This document shows positions 12,600 through 24,093 of a stretch of 64,000 bases of DNA, piece by piece. The notes under the pieces are model-generated. The model ran no database searches. It was not told the origin of the DNA and worked only from the letters and a program-made list of their open reading frames with translations. This DNA is from Takakia lepidozioides. Taxonomy: Eukaryota; Plantae; Bryophyta. The stretch covers positions 82,646,001 through 82,710,000 of the forward strand of contig CM060731.1 of assembly GCA_030704615.1 (NCBI GenBank), read 5' to 3'. The number at the start of each line of letters is the position of its first letter. The stretch's first letter is position 1. The translations under genes were made by a program, and so were the position numbers.

Positions 12600-13526
12600 T
12601 CAGTTGTGAAGGGTTTTGGCCAACTTCATATCCGCCTCAGATATGACGTCTGCTGCAGAGGGGTTTTCCGGCAGCCCACCAGGACCGCCAAATCCAGCCT
12701 GTATGCTCCGGGTTTGGGGCCTGGGGATGTCCGGGAGGATGTCATCCTGGTCAGAAAGCTCCCTGTCGTCCTCCTCAACAGGGTCAGCCACCTGCGAAAC
12801 CACCTCCAGCACTCTCCCCGTCTCTACTGCCCTCTCCCTGGCTTCACCTGGAACTTGCACAATCCGTGCTCTTTCAGGTGTTCTTTCCTCTCCTCCACTC
12901 TCCACCGTATGGGTAATTGCGGGGGCTGCTCTTGCCCGCGATGGTCTAACCGGTGTGTTACTGCCTCTCTGTGGTGTCTTGGATGGATCCACCGTCTCTG
13001 TGCGTCCCTCGCTTACATTGGCATCTGTCATTTGGGCACCCCTGGCCTCTTTAGCTGCCTTTTCTCTTTCCTCCTGGCTAGCATTCTGTCTCGTCTGCTC
13101 TTTTGCCCTCTCTTTTGCCCTCTCACGGGCTTTCTGTTTCTTACTAGGGCTAGCAGCAGGGGAGCCCTCCAGGACGACCACCTTTGATTGAGGCGAACTG
13201 ACACCCTTGCGCGCACTGCTCACTCCCCCCTCCGCAGCCCGTGACTGCTCTCTCGCCGGGGATTGCATGTGCTTAGCTTTCTTCTTTTTCTTTGCGTGGG
13301 CGGGCCCTACTGCATGTGCATGAACAACCTCCGTTGCCGGATCTGCTGTCCTCATGTCCTCACGCCCTTCACCTGCCATGCTGCCTGCACCAACCTCCCC
13401 AATGCCTACTCTGTCGTACTGTCGTTGCAAGTCCTCCCGTCCACCAACAAAAGGCTTAAGTTTGCCCTCTCGCCCCAAGTTGGGTGATTCAAACATGCGA
13501 TGAGTTGGAGCTGTCGATGATACCAC
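12600..13526 (-). CDS. Low-complexity charged ORF, probable upstream exon of the methyltransferase-like gene
   Basis: 308-codon ORF with basic NLS-like runs (AKKKKKAK, SKKQKARERAKE), on the same strand just upstream. Splice connection not resolved. Confidence 0.4.
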   Translation of the reverse strand: MVSSTAPTHRMFESPNLGREGKLKPFVGGREDLQRQYDRVGIGEVGAGSMAGEGREDMRTADPATEVVHAHAVGPAHAKKKKKAKHMQSPAREQSRAAEGGVSSARKGVSSPQSKVVVLEGSPAASPSKKQKARERAKERAKEQTRQNASQEEREKAAKEARGAQMTDANVSEGRTETVDPSKTPQRGSNTPVRPSRARAAPAITHTVESGGEERTPERARIVQVPGEARERAVETGRVLEVVSQVADPVEEDDRELSDQDDILPDIPRPQTRSIQAGFGGPGGLPENPSAADVISEADMKLAKTLHN

Positions 13527-14316
13527 CAGCGTGCCGGGCTCGTCGTCACTCTGTCATTGACAAAAATCGTGAAAACCAATATCGGTGCAAAAAGCAGCAT
13601 CGCAACGAGCAGCGCAACCACCATAGCAACAATCGTGTAGCAAAAATGAAAACATAACAAGTTTAGGAAGTATGGAGAGCCATGCAACAACAATGAAAAC
13701 AAATGCAACCATTGCCTGAGAATGACATGCACAAGCAGCCTTCTCCAGAGCTGCCGGATTTGCACACGCATTGCAAACAATCTAAGGTTCACTCAACTAT
13801 CTAAAGTTCACTCATACAACGAAACCAGGATGAAGATGCAAAAACAAAGCGAGGTAACAAAGCGAAAGCAAAAAATAAATCGAACAAACCGAAAGCAGAA
13901 GTGGCTTGCCTGAGAGTACTCGGCTTCAGTTGGCGCAGGTTGTGAGCAAGACACTGGAATCTCCTGCTAGAGCTTCAGTTTGGCCATGCGAGAGATTGGC
14001 CGTCGTCCGTAGTACAGAGCTTTCAACTTACGCCGCGGTCTGGATGTGAGGTCTCTCTCAGGAGAGCCACGCCCTTCAGGCGGCATAAGTCCCAGCCAAA
14101 AAGATCTCCTTTTTTGGGGTACATGCCTCGAATAGCATGTTAAGCCAAGATTAGCATGAGATTTAGGGTACGTGTCCAGGAAGCCATGCGTCGCCAGCCC
14201 GAATGATAACCGACGGCGGTCGACATTTATTGCCCAACTGCGCAATTAAATGTCGGATGAAGCCCTCCATGTCGGATGAAAATCGACGTAAACAGTCCCG
14301 GAATTTCCAACGTAGA

Positions 14317-14715
14317 GGTAATTCGGAGCGCTGCACGATGGAATTCCGGCGCCGGATTTCCATCCTGCAGGTAATTCGGAGCGCCGAATTTCCATCCAGC
14401 AAGGTAGGCGGCGCTGGAAATTTCCCTCACGCAGGTAATTCGGAAGCGCGCGGATGGAAATCCGGCGCCGAATTTCCATCCGCGCAGGTCGGGCGGCGCG
14501 CCAAATTTCCCTCACGCAGGTAATTCGGAAGTGCGCGGATGGAAATCCGGCGCCGAATTTCCATCCGGCATGTAATTCGAATACCGGATGAATGGAAATC
14601 CGGCGCCGAATTTCCATCCAGCAGGTAAGTGGAATACCGGATGGATGGAAATTCGGCGCTGAATTTCCATCCTGCAGGTAAGTCGGATCGCTGGCGTATG
14701 GATATTCGGCGTACC
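14317..14715. repeat. Tandem array of ~53-bp units, each with a 28-bp near-palindrome
   Basis: Units begin GGTAATTCGG. Core GATGGAAATCCGGCGCCGAATTTCCATC or close variants at ~14337, 14453, 14538, 14591 and 14645, plus partial copies. Confidence 0.9.
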
Positions 14716-15280
14716 AAGGGTGCGGGATGCAACTCTCCTACAAGTGGACCAACCCACCTTAGCAAATGTGTTTTTGCTGGCAAAGCGGATAGAGCTCAAT
14801 GTGATGGAGGAGCGAGTGGTCATGGTGGGGTTTGGCAAGAAGACACAACAAAGTAGGGCTCCTAGCCAACAACAACCACTATCCCAACGTGTTCAAGGCA
14901 ACAAGGAAGCTCAGGTGAAGCCGGAAGTAAGCGTGTCCAGACAGGCAGCAAACATGAACTGCCCTCCAAAACCAGAAGCATGACTCAAGGGGGACGAACC
15001 ACAGCTGCGTTTGTGGTCCTCTGAAACTGTGTGCTCAACGCACTCAATTTTGGAGGGCCACAAGTGGAAAATTAAAAAAAAATAAAAAAAAAATAAAAAA
15101 AAATAAAATGTTTTTTTTTTCTTGGGTTCTCCCTCCTTTCCTGCCTAGAACTGAGTGCATCAACGCACCCAATTTCTTCACTCATAAAAGAGCTCCGTAA
15201 ACGCATTCAATTTTTGAAGTTTGAAAGACGTCTCTCACTGCTCAGACTTCCCGGACCTTTCTTCATAGATTAGGGAAAGC

Positions 15281-15482
15281 AGAGACCGAAGGATGAGAGA
15301 AGGGCATTGAGAGAACCCTCAAAAATTGCGTGCGTCAACGCACTCAATTTTGAGGGGGTTCTTTTTCTCCCCTTCATTCACTTCTCTTGATAATACACTG
15401 AGAGAAGTGCAGGGTGTGACAGTGTGAGAACACGCAATTTTTGGGGATGCTCGCATTGCCCTTCTCTCATCCTTCGGTCTCT
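15281..15482. repeat. Inverted repeat with ~52-bp arms
   Basis: AGAGACCGAAGGATGAGAGAAGGGCA at 15281 is perfectly complementary to TGCCCTTCTCTCATCCTTCGGTCTCT ending at 15482. Pairing extends with mismatches. Confidence 0.9.
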
Positions 15483-16189
15483 ATGGTTCAGAAAATGTGG
15501 ACAGCTATGTGCAGAATGAATGGTCCAGCGAAAGGACATGTTTGAATTGAGGCACCCTGTTTTCTCTGTCGTCTACACTTCTATGAGCCCTCGTACAGAT
15601 CCGACAATGCTAACACAGAATGCTGACACAGAAAACAGAAGTAAAGAGGGCATAAAAACTGCGTGGGTCAACGAACGCAATTTTCATGCCTTCTCCACTG
15701 CCCACAATCAAGAGAAATGAGATAATCACTTTCGATCCTTTGGGAGGAGCACTCCCAAATGCCTCTGCTTGAGCCACAATCGCAGCCGTCATCCCCATCT
15801 GCGCAACCTTCTTCCCCTTCGGCGTCGCTTCCTCAAAAGGGTGTCGGGCTCCTCTGTGTCCATGTCGTCAGGGTCGCCCTCTGTTGCTGTTTCCTCCCCT
15901 CGTTCACCAGCTTCTCCGCGCAGCTGGTCTTCCTCCGCCATGTGCTCTGTTGCCAGGGCCGCGCTCTCCTCTGTTATCTCCTTCACCGTCATGTTGAGCT
16001 TGCGACCTCTCATTCTCTTTCTTGCCTTCTTCTTGTCTCTCGCTGAAGTGAAAAAAGAAGACTATCTTCTACGCCTTCCACTCTCTTGCTGGGAACTCAG
16101 TCTCCTGCTACTCTCCAGCTTGAAAATCACGAACTACTGGGCTGCGAGACCTCGTTCGATTAGTACCAGCCAGGGCCTCAATCTCGTTA

Positions 16190-18228
16190 TGCATGTGTTC
16201 ACGACATACGTGTCCACCTCGCAAAGGCACATTGGTCCTTTCGGCAGTGGCCGCCGTCTTGAACTAGTTAGGTATGGCCATTAGTAGTACTATTGCTTGG
16301 TGATAGATTCGATTTGGATGGATGAGTTATTAGGCTAGCTTTTGCCGGTTTTTCCCGGTTTGAAATCTTCATATGTGGCACAACATGCCACGTATCATTG
16401 GTTCTCCGCCAAATTTTCTGCAACCCTGCACTCAATATTGCATTGTCGGGTTCCACGTGCCTCAACAAGTTGGGATGACATTGGATTCCAATACTTTCGT
16501 CTCTGCCATCTTTTCACTTGGGTCGGTATAGGCACATAACTGCTTAACAACTGTTTTTGGAAGACTCTTTAACGGTATGTCAGCTTTTCAAATATCTGGG
16601 TTTAGGCTCAACCTTCCATATTAACAGTTTGGGACATAGAAGACGATGACAGGATGGCCTTGTTAGTATCGGTGCGAACTCTAACGGCGTAGAAATGTAA
16701 TCCCCATTGTCATTTGTAACAAGAATCCACACACAAGTCATGGGACTGTGCACTTTGAGGCTTCCAGTGGCTCAAAATTTCTCGTGCACCAGCATGGGTT
16801 CCTCTGAAGTGGAGTTTTACTCTGTCGAGAAACCTGTCCATTTCTTGAAGGATGCCGATGACAATGGTTTTGCAATTGCGGAGGAACATCTCCTAGCAAC
16901 ACGTTGCGAGTACCAGATTGGCACTGTCTTCCTCGAAAGAGAGGTTTACGATATCGACGGGAAGTTGATCAAATAAGAGCTCTACAGCAACAAACAAGAT
17001 ACCGGGAGTTCTTGCGGGGTGGCATTGGTGGCAATGGTCCCGACAAGTCTGAGTTGATGTTGCAAGCTACAAGAAGATTGGGGGATCCCAACAAGATAGC
17101 CAAGGCTGTCAGCATGTGTGCGGAGGGAGCTCCTCTGGTATCCAGAGTTCCACATCTGGAGGGCGAGGAGAGATTCGGCTCTTGTAAACGGAAATTGAAC
17201 ACCCCTCCTGGTTCGGATGCAGACTCGCACAGGCCGGACAGGGACAACTTCTCCACTCCGCGTGTTCCATTGCATCAGAGATTTGTTTCCGGAATGTCCA
17301 GTGTGGAGGAACTTCTTACAAAGCCAGACCCAGGCACCTCCCACTGTCAATGCAATGGGGTGCAGGAGTTGAACATCCTCCCCAATGTGGTGGAGTCCAT
17401 GTGCGCTGACGAAGTCTGACACATAGAACGTACCAGTGCTGGGTCTCGAGTGAAGTGCACGGCAATCAGAGCCACCAATCGTGAGAAGTGTAAGTCCTCC
17501 ATATCTAGAGGCAAGGTCCGCACTCTGGCTCCGACCTTCACTGGTTTGTTCCAGCCTTACGGGCAAGCAGAGGCGAAGAACCACTAATTTTGGTTCTGCC
17601 TTGACAACTGTGGTAGGTGCGTGCGTGGGACTGTGCGACCATCGGTGGTCATGAAGCCTCCTCCACCAAGCATTTGGCCTGTGAAGGTGGGGACACATCT
17701 CCAACTCATGAGATTGCCATGTTGGAGGAGGCAGGCTTCTCCCTTCAGCGAGCCCCCTCTATACATGCAGGTGCTTCTACTTCAGCAAGTTCTCGAGTGC
17801 CACCACCCAACGCTGATGCATGGCCAACAAAACAAAATGGGAAGCTGGTTCGTCGTTTCCTTCCGACTGCCGAACACTTTGGCAAGGTGGAATCCGCTCG
17901 AATGCTTCAAGGTCGTGTTACAGGCACTACGGAAGTTTCACATCCCGGGTATGGACGAATCTACACTATGATGACCTCCACATCCGCTATGCATGACCGA
18001 TTGTACGACTTCACAGTTTCAAATTTTCCCAACTGCACCTGTTCTGATTCTGTTGGCATGCTTACAACAAGTTTGGGAAAGACAGGAAAATTTATACCCT
18101 GCAAGAATCTGTATTTTATCTTCTTGAACAGAATGGTTTGTGATCCCAGACGCGACATCTTCATTCACCAGGCCACCATGAGTTTCAACGAGGTGAATAC
18201 ACTTATGCAGCGGGATAGGAGCACATAG
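16190..18228 (+). pseudogene. SWIM zinc-finger / Cys-rich protein gene, broken by stops and frameshifts
   Basis: C-terminal YDFTVSNFPNCTCSD...FIPCKNLYFIF fits CxC-x(n)-CK[H>N]. Upstream Cys-rich pieces (KCTAIRATNREKC, FWFCLDNCGRCV) are spread over the frames of ORFs 16707, 16904, 17621 and 17617. The 5' boundary is approximate. Confidence 0.65.
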
Positions 18229-20279
18229 CATCCTCTTCACTTTGGTCATCTGCAATTTCCATTACTAGGTTTCACAAGAATTAAAACTTGAACTTGATGT
18301 CCCTTCGTATATTTGGTGCCAGTGCAGCCTCCAATTTTATTGTGCAATGTGTGCCATTTCTTTATTGTGTGTAGTCGTTCAAAAATAAATGGAATGGATG
18401 CAAATGCTTTCACAAGTCGTTCCTGCATTTTAATTTTTGGTGTTTTGGATGAATGAATGCCACGGCTATAGGCCCCTCGGCTATAGGTGTTATATGTTTA
18501 TGATGACATGGCATCTGACAAGTTGTCCAAATGCCACGTCATTCAGACGACTGCCACGTCAGCAGGATAACGACATGTCAGCCTCATGCTCACGCCACAT
18601 CAGCTGGTGTGAGCCTACGCTCACGCCACATCACCATCGCATGAGCGTACGCTCTCACACTCACGCTCACGCTCACGGCGCAGAAGTCACGTCCCTGATC
18701 TGAGGAGACAAAAAACGACTCAAATATCTACTACGAACTGAAAAATCAACCCTACCCTTCAAAACAAGCTATCCTCCAAAAAAATGCACTAATATGAACT
18801 CTCTCAGACACCTCGTTATAAGTGCAAGACCCAGGATACAATAGCATGACTTTCAGAATTAGGGTGCATATGCAATCACCAAACCTTGGCTCTCTCATTC
18901 TTGCTTTGCACTGACCTGGAACTTACCCTACTGCACCTTGATCAAAATGACAAAAAAGAGGTGATAGCAACATAATGTTCAAATATCCACCTCTTCAGTA
19001 AAAGGTTTGGTATGGACAGATCCTTCACTCTGTTTTTGGATACTTTCCTACTACTACATCGGCAGCAACTTGTCAAAGTCACTCTAAACCACCACATATC
19101 CACCCAACGAGCTAACTTACAGAATTCAATATGCATCTCAGGGCCGAGTCTGATGAGAGGGCAAAACAGGCTGAAATAGGTCGAAGAAGAAGGTGCCCTC
19201 ACCACATTGTCCTTGACCTTGTGTGATGACCCATGGAGGATTTGACCGACCTTCAACCCAAAATGACCTCTTGTGTGTGCTGCTTAATTAATGTGTCTTT
19301 GGTTATACTAATGTCGGATTGGTATGTGAGATCGAACCCAGGCAGAGATTGAAACACAGTCTGCTAAGACCAAGCTGGCTCTCCCAAGAACGGCGAGCTT
19401 CTCCTCATCTCGTCTCTCTCCCAAAAACGGCGAGCTCGCAAGAATGTTGGGAGCTTCTCATCCTCGACGAGATGACGAGATGTCGGATGATCTCGGATGG
19501 CGTCGGAGATGTCTCATCTCCTCCTCATCTTCTCCTTCCTGCATCATTTGCTCAAGAGTAGGTAGTCTGCAAAGCCTCCATCCCACGCCCCTGCATAAGT
19601 ATCCTGCGATCATCGCGTTCCATGACACAACATCTCTCGCGGCCGCAGGAGAAAAAAAAACCTAAGTCCCAGCCCTCACGATTAGGTATGTTGAACATCA
19701 TGAGCAAATTCGCTTAAGTCCTTGCTGAGAATCTTGGTAGATGCAACGGTAGAAGGGATGATGGTGGTAGCAAGATTTTAGCATATGACCATTAGAATGA
19801 ATCAAATGCAAAAGGTTAATTTTTTTTCAAAAAGTTGCTTATTAGGGTTGTTCATTACGCCGTTAGATCTTAAACAATCTAGACCATTAGATCTTAATAA
19901 TCCAGACCGTTAGATCTTATACAATCTAACAATTCAAAATAATTTCCATCACATGATCTAACCTTGTACAACCATGACCATTGCGAATTTTAATCTCATA
20001 TATCTTGCGATGCTTGTTAAGCCACGTCCATCCAGGTCCAATTTATTGAACAGATATCAAATCGACACATGTTCAAATATGACAAGACCACCATATAGAC
20101 GGATGGATGAACGCCGAAACCGCACACCTCGTCTTGTATACCCACTAGTATCGCTGGTGCTCGTACCGGCACTCTCCTCAGCAACTGGTGGCACCTCCGT
20201 GATGAAAACTCACAACCACATCTGTCGTAAACCTGTCTCTAATCCCCCTTTTCACAAGGTAACCGGGTAGAGAACCTGT

Positions 20280-22963
20280 TATAGCTTATGGCTTAGACTA
20301 CTAGGTTCGTAACATAAACCTGCACTTGCATCCACCGCAAGCACTCATATGGTCTGCTGGTCAACAACCCAGCCTCACCATAAGAGAAACAATGATGGTC
20401 TGACTAGTCATCACCCCAGCCTCACCACCGACAACACGCTCTAGGATTGGCCGGTGATCAAATCCGGACCAACCTCCTATGAAAACAAGCGCCTACACAA
20501 AGCTAACATGGCGCACAGTCAAGCATGCAGGTGTGGAGAGGATCCAAACACAAGAAAATCAAGACAACAACTCCCCCACACCAAAAACACTCCACAATGT
20601 CGCTCCTGCAATGACACCCCAGCCCAAACCCGGACTGACTCTTACCTCCACCTACGGAAAGGTTTTGGCCTACAGAGAAGGTGAAAGACTACAAGGAAGA
20701 GAGACTAAAGCAATTCATAATCCCAACATGCTCTCATCCCACTACCCTATCTCCACACTCTCTTGCTTGAACAATAGACAAGACTACCTTTCAAGGGTCT
20801 CTCAAATAACTCTCCAGGAGCCCTCAAGAATATGTCTCTCAAACAATCTCACTAAGGCTCCCAATCCTTGCACGATGGGACTCCAAAACAGTACACCAAG
20901 GCCCCAAGAGCCTGCCAAAACTTAGCCCTCGAGGACCCCAATAGTCCCTCACACAAGTCGCCAAAGACTCCTCAAGCTCGCCAAATATTGGCCTCCAAGG
21001 ACCCCAAATAGTCCTCCAAAGAACTCCAAATGGTCCTCCAAGGACCCCAAACAGTCCTCCAAGGACTCCCAATGGTCTTCCAAATAGTCCTCCAAGGACT
21101 CCCAATGGTCTTCCAAACAGTCCTCTAAAGACCCCAAACAGTCCTCCAAGGACTCTTCCTATATCAACATGTTTCCAATGCATTCCCAATGCGTTCCCAA
21201 GTTCCCTAGGAATATTCCTGAGAATATGCCACAGTATTCCCCTGGGCCTATACGTATTCCCCTTGTATTCCCCTTAGGAATAGCCATTTCCCCCCTCATA
21301 GAGTAGCTCATTTCCCCCCTGGGTTTAGCCATTCCCCCTAAGCTTTAGCCACTTCCCCCTCTATTTCCTTGAGGTTTAGCCTTACCAAGCTAGGGTTTGT
21401 GCTCCTTGGGGCTCTATGCTTAATCCCCTCAAGCATCCATGAATTCTATGGGGTACCAAGGCAAATTCCCTTGATCTTCTTCACCTTAAGCTACTCAAGT
21501 TTGTCTCCAACTCAACTAGCAATGCATTGGCCACACAACAAGCTCAATTTCTCATTGGAACTCAAAATCAAGCTTGTACCTCCTTTGGCAAGCCACCAAG
21601 CCTTGTCTCCTCTCAAGCCTTGGTCATTCAAGCTTTCTTCACTTGCTAGTTCAAGAGCCACTCCTCTCAAGTTTAAAATTGCAAAGCTCAAGCCAAAAGC
21701 ATGCTCCACACATGCATCACCTCATACACAAGGGAATCAACTTGCTCCTTTCACCTTCTAGCTCTCCTCAAGCTTGAAGTTGGAAGCCACACTTGGGAAG
21801 CATGCTCCACATAAGCATCACTTGCTTGATCAACCATCCACCACAAAACTTAAACCAAAAGGGAATGAATACATGAGCTTCACCTTCCCCTTCCTTGTCT
21901 TTTCACCTGCTAATGTATGGTTGAAGTTGCTATGCATGCCTTGAGCCACAATCTCTTTTCTTCATGAAGACCACCTCCAATGATCTCCTACATGTGCTCC
22001 AAGCTCTTCAATGCTCTAGGCTTGGTTTCACATCATCATGGATAGAATTTTCACCCATATGCTTCCATTCAAACCTTTTGAGCTTCATAATGCTCTCCAA
22101 GTGCTTGTCTTTGTTGTCTTTAAGCCCAAGCCTATGTAAGCTCCTTGGCTTCTCTTCCACAACATCCACAATTGAGCTTGCTTAACCCTAGATTGATAGT
22201 GAAATGAGCACTAACAATCCTTTAGTTGCTCTCCACACACACAAGACTTCCCTCTTGCAAACCTTGCAAATCTTGTGGCAAACAAGCTCCTTCTTGAGCT
22301 CCCCAACACCTTGGTGTAACACCACAAGTACCTTTCCTTGCAACCCTTGTGATCTACAAGAGCTCCATCTTTGAGCTGTCCACCTCCTTAGGGCAAAACA
22401 ATATCTCTCAAAGCCCTAATACCACAAGGATTTTCCTTTGCAATATATGCAATACCTTGCAATACAAGAGCTATCTTCCCAAGCTCTTCAACACGCAAAT
22501 GTTAAACTAACCCTTACACTCCGCACTCACAAGCATAAGGTCATCTTCTTGTAGTGATAATGAAAGTGAACACAAGGGAAACACTCCACTCATGAATCCA
22601 CTCAATCACATAAACTAAGTCAAGCCAAGGGCACCTTTGCTAAAGGAATCTACCCTACAAAGCCCTCACCACACTCACTTGATGTGGGACACCACAACTT
22701 GGATGTTAGTTTCCACAAAAAAGAACAAGGCGATGAGGACATCGACTCCTCGTTGGGTGGGGGTGTGTGTCGCGGCCTTTTGCCTTGAGGGCGGGGGGTC
22801 GGGACACAAGAGGGGCTGCCCCTGTGGTGGGGGGGGCAGCAGCAAATAGGGAAGAGGGCTGAAGCACCCTTGAGTGCCGAAGGCACTCAAGGAGGCGGAG
22901 GCGCTCACTAGGTGGGGCACCGCAAACCGGGTTACGGTGGGGGGACTCCACGAGGGGTGGTGG
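20280..22963 (+). mobile_element. 3' internal region, PPT and truncated 3' LTR (copy 3) of the same Gypsy-like family
   Basis: 22768-~22963 starts TGTCGCGGCC and is the reverse complement of the ends of LTR copies 1 and 2. It is preceded by G-rich GGGTGGGGGTGTG. The left boundary is a guess. Confidence 0.6.
20930..21153 (+). repeat. Short-period tandem repeat (CCAAA(C/T)AGTCCTCCAAGGAC...)
   Basis: About 8 related 21-33-bp units. Gives the repetitive ORF GGLFGRPLGVLGGLFG. Confidence 0.8.
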
Positions 22964-22964
22964 T

Positions 22965-23936
22965 AAGGCATCTCTTGCTCCTTGGATGGCCGCAAGCTGG
23001 ATGCATTCTTACTTACATGATGCAATTTTTTCAAATTGTGCAAGGAGATATATGATACTATGTTGGGCTGGAAATCTACCGAGACCGGGTAGCAAAGAAG
23101 ATTTTTCTGTCCCAGACCAGATACGTGGGAGAGATAATCAGGTGTTTTCATATGCAGGACTCCAATCCCATGAGTACTCCAACAGATCCGCATGTCCATC
23201 TGAGTCTATATGCTGAAGATTTCGACGAAGATACCATCAATGTACCATACAAAGAGGCAATTGGATGCCTGATGTTTGCAGCCATGCTCACCAGACCAGA
23301 CATTACCTATGTAGTCAATAATGCGGTGAAGTACTCTAACAAACCCCAAAAGATGCATTGGACAACAGTCAACTGGGTTTTTCGGTATCTCAAGGGGACC
23401 GGTGATTATGGTCTCATTTATGGAGGAAAAGATGATCACACTGTGCTTCAAGGTTACTGTGATGCCGATTATGCCGGTGATCCTGATACTCGTTTGTCTC
23501 GGACTGACTATGTCTTTCTTTTGGGAAGAACCACGATTGCATGGACCAGAGATGCACGACAATTTCAACTACTGAAGCGGAATACATTGCCGCATGTGGT
23601 GCCGCAAAGCAAGCCATTTGGCTTCGAAGATTTCTCGCCAGTCTCGGACTTGTGCAGGTGAAACCGACCATTCTATATGGCGATAATCAAAGTGCAATTA
23701 AACTTGTCAAGAATCCTGAACGAGGCAAAAAGACCAAGCATGTCGATGTACAGTATCACTTTGTGCGAGAGAAGTTTCGGAATCAGGAGATCACCATCAC
23801 GTATGTTCACACAAACCAACAAATTGTTGATATAATGACAAAGGCGCTTCCCACCGAGAAGTTCTGTTTCTTCCGAAGGATGATGGGTGTGGTGTCTCGT
23901 GCCACTATCAATGCAGCACACACAGTGGAGTCCTGA
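22965..23936 (+). pseudogene. Ty1/Copia reverse transcriptase C-terminus and RNase H fragment
   Basis: PYKEAIGCLMFAAMLTRPDI, GYCDADYAGD, STTEAEYIAA, DNQSAI, KHVDVQYHFVRE and DIMTKAL motifs. Frameshift near 23545. Confidence 0.93.
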
Positions 23937-24093
23937 TTGAATACCAAAAGTAGTGGGAGCATAGAAGGAGTGGGAGCAGCGATTGATTCACGTGGGCGTT
24001 CTTGTTTACAGTGGACATTACATGTAGTATTTTACCAAGTAGTGGGAGATTCGGCGAATTTCTGTTATTATCTAAATGTGTATTCTAGTGTCC

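Larger units (their letters stand above)
10584..18695. mobile_element. ~8.1-kb DNA-transposon-like element with long patchy TIRs (Mutator-like, superfamily unproven)
   Basis: Left end GGG...CTTCGGCGTGAGCG matches the reverse complement of the right end (GGGACGTGACTTCTGCGCCGTGAGCG). Inverted GTGAGCG arrays. Inverted GCCTATAGCCG (~10783) / CGGCTATAGGC (~18463). ATCTGAGG at both flanks (10578, 18698). SWIM gene inside. Confidence 0.7.

Noticed and set aside
12690-12750. ILPDIPRP as the methyltransferase catalytic motif IV
   Set aside because: Only a loose resemblance to (D/S)PPY within low-complexity sequence.
14317-14715. CRISPR-like array of palindromic repeats
   Set aside because: The sequences between palindromes are related to one another rather than unique, there are no cas genes, and the context is eukaryotic.
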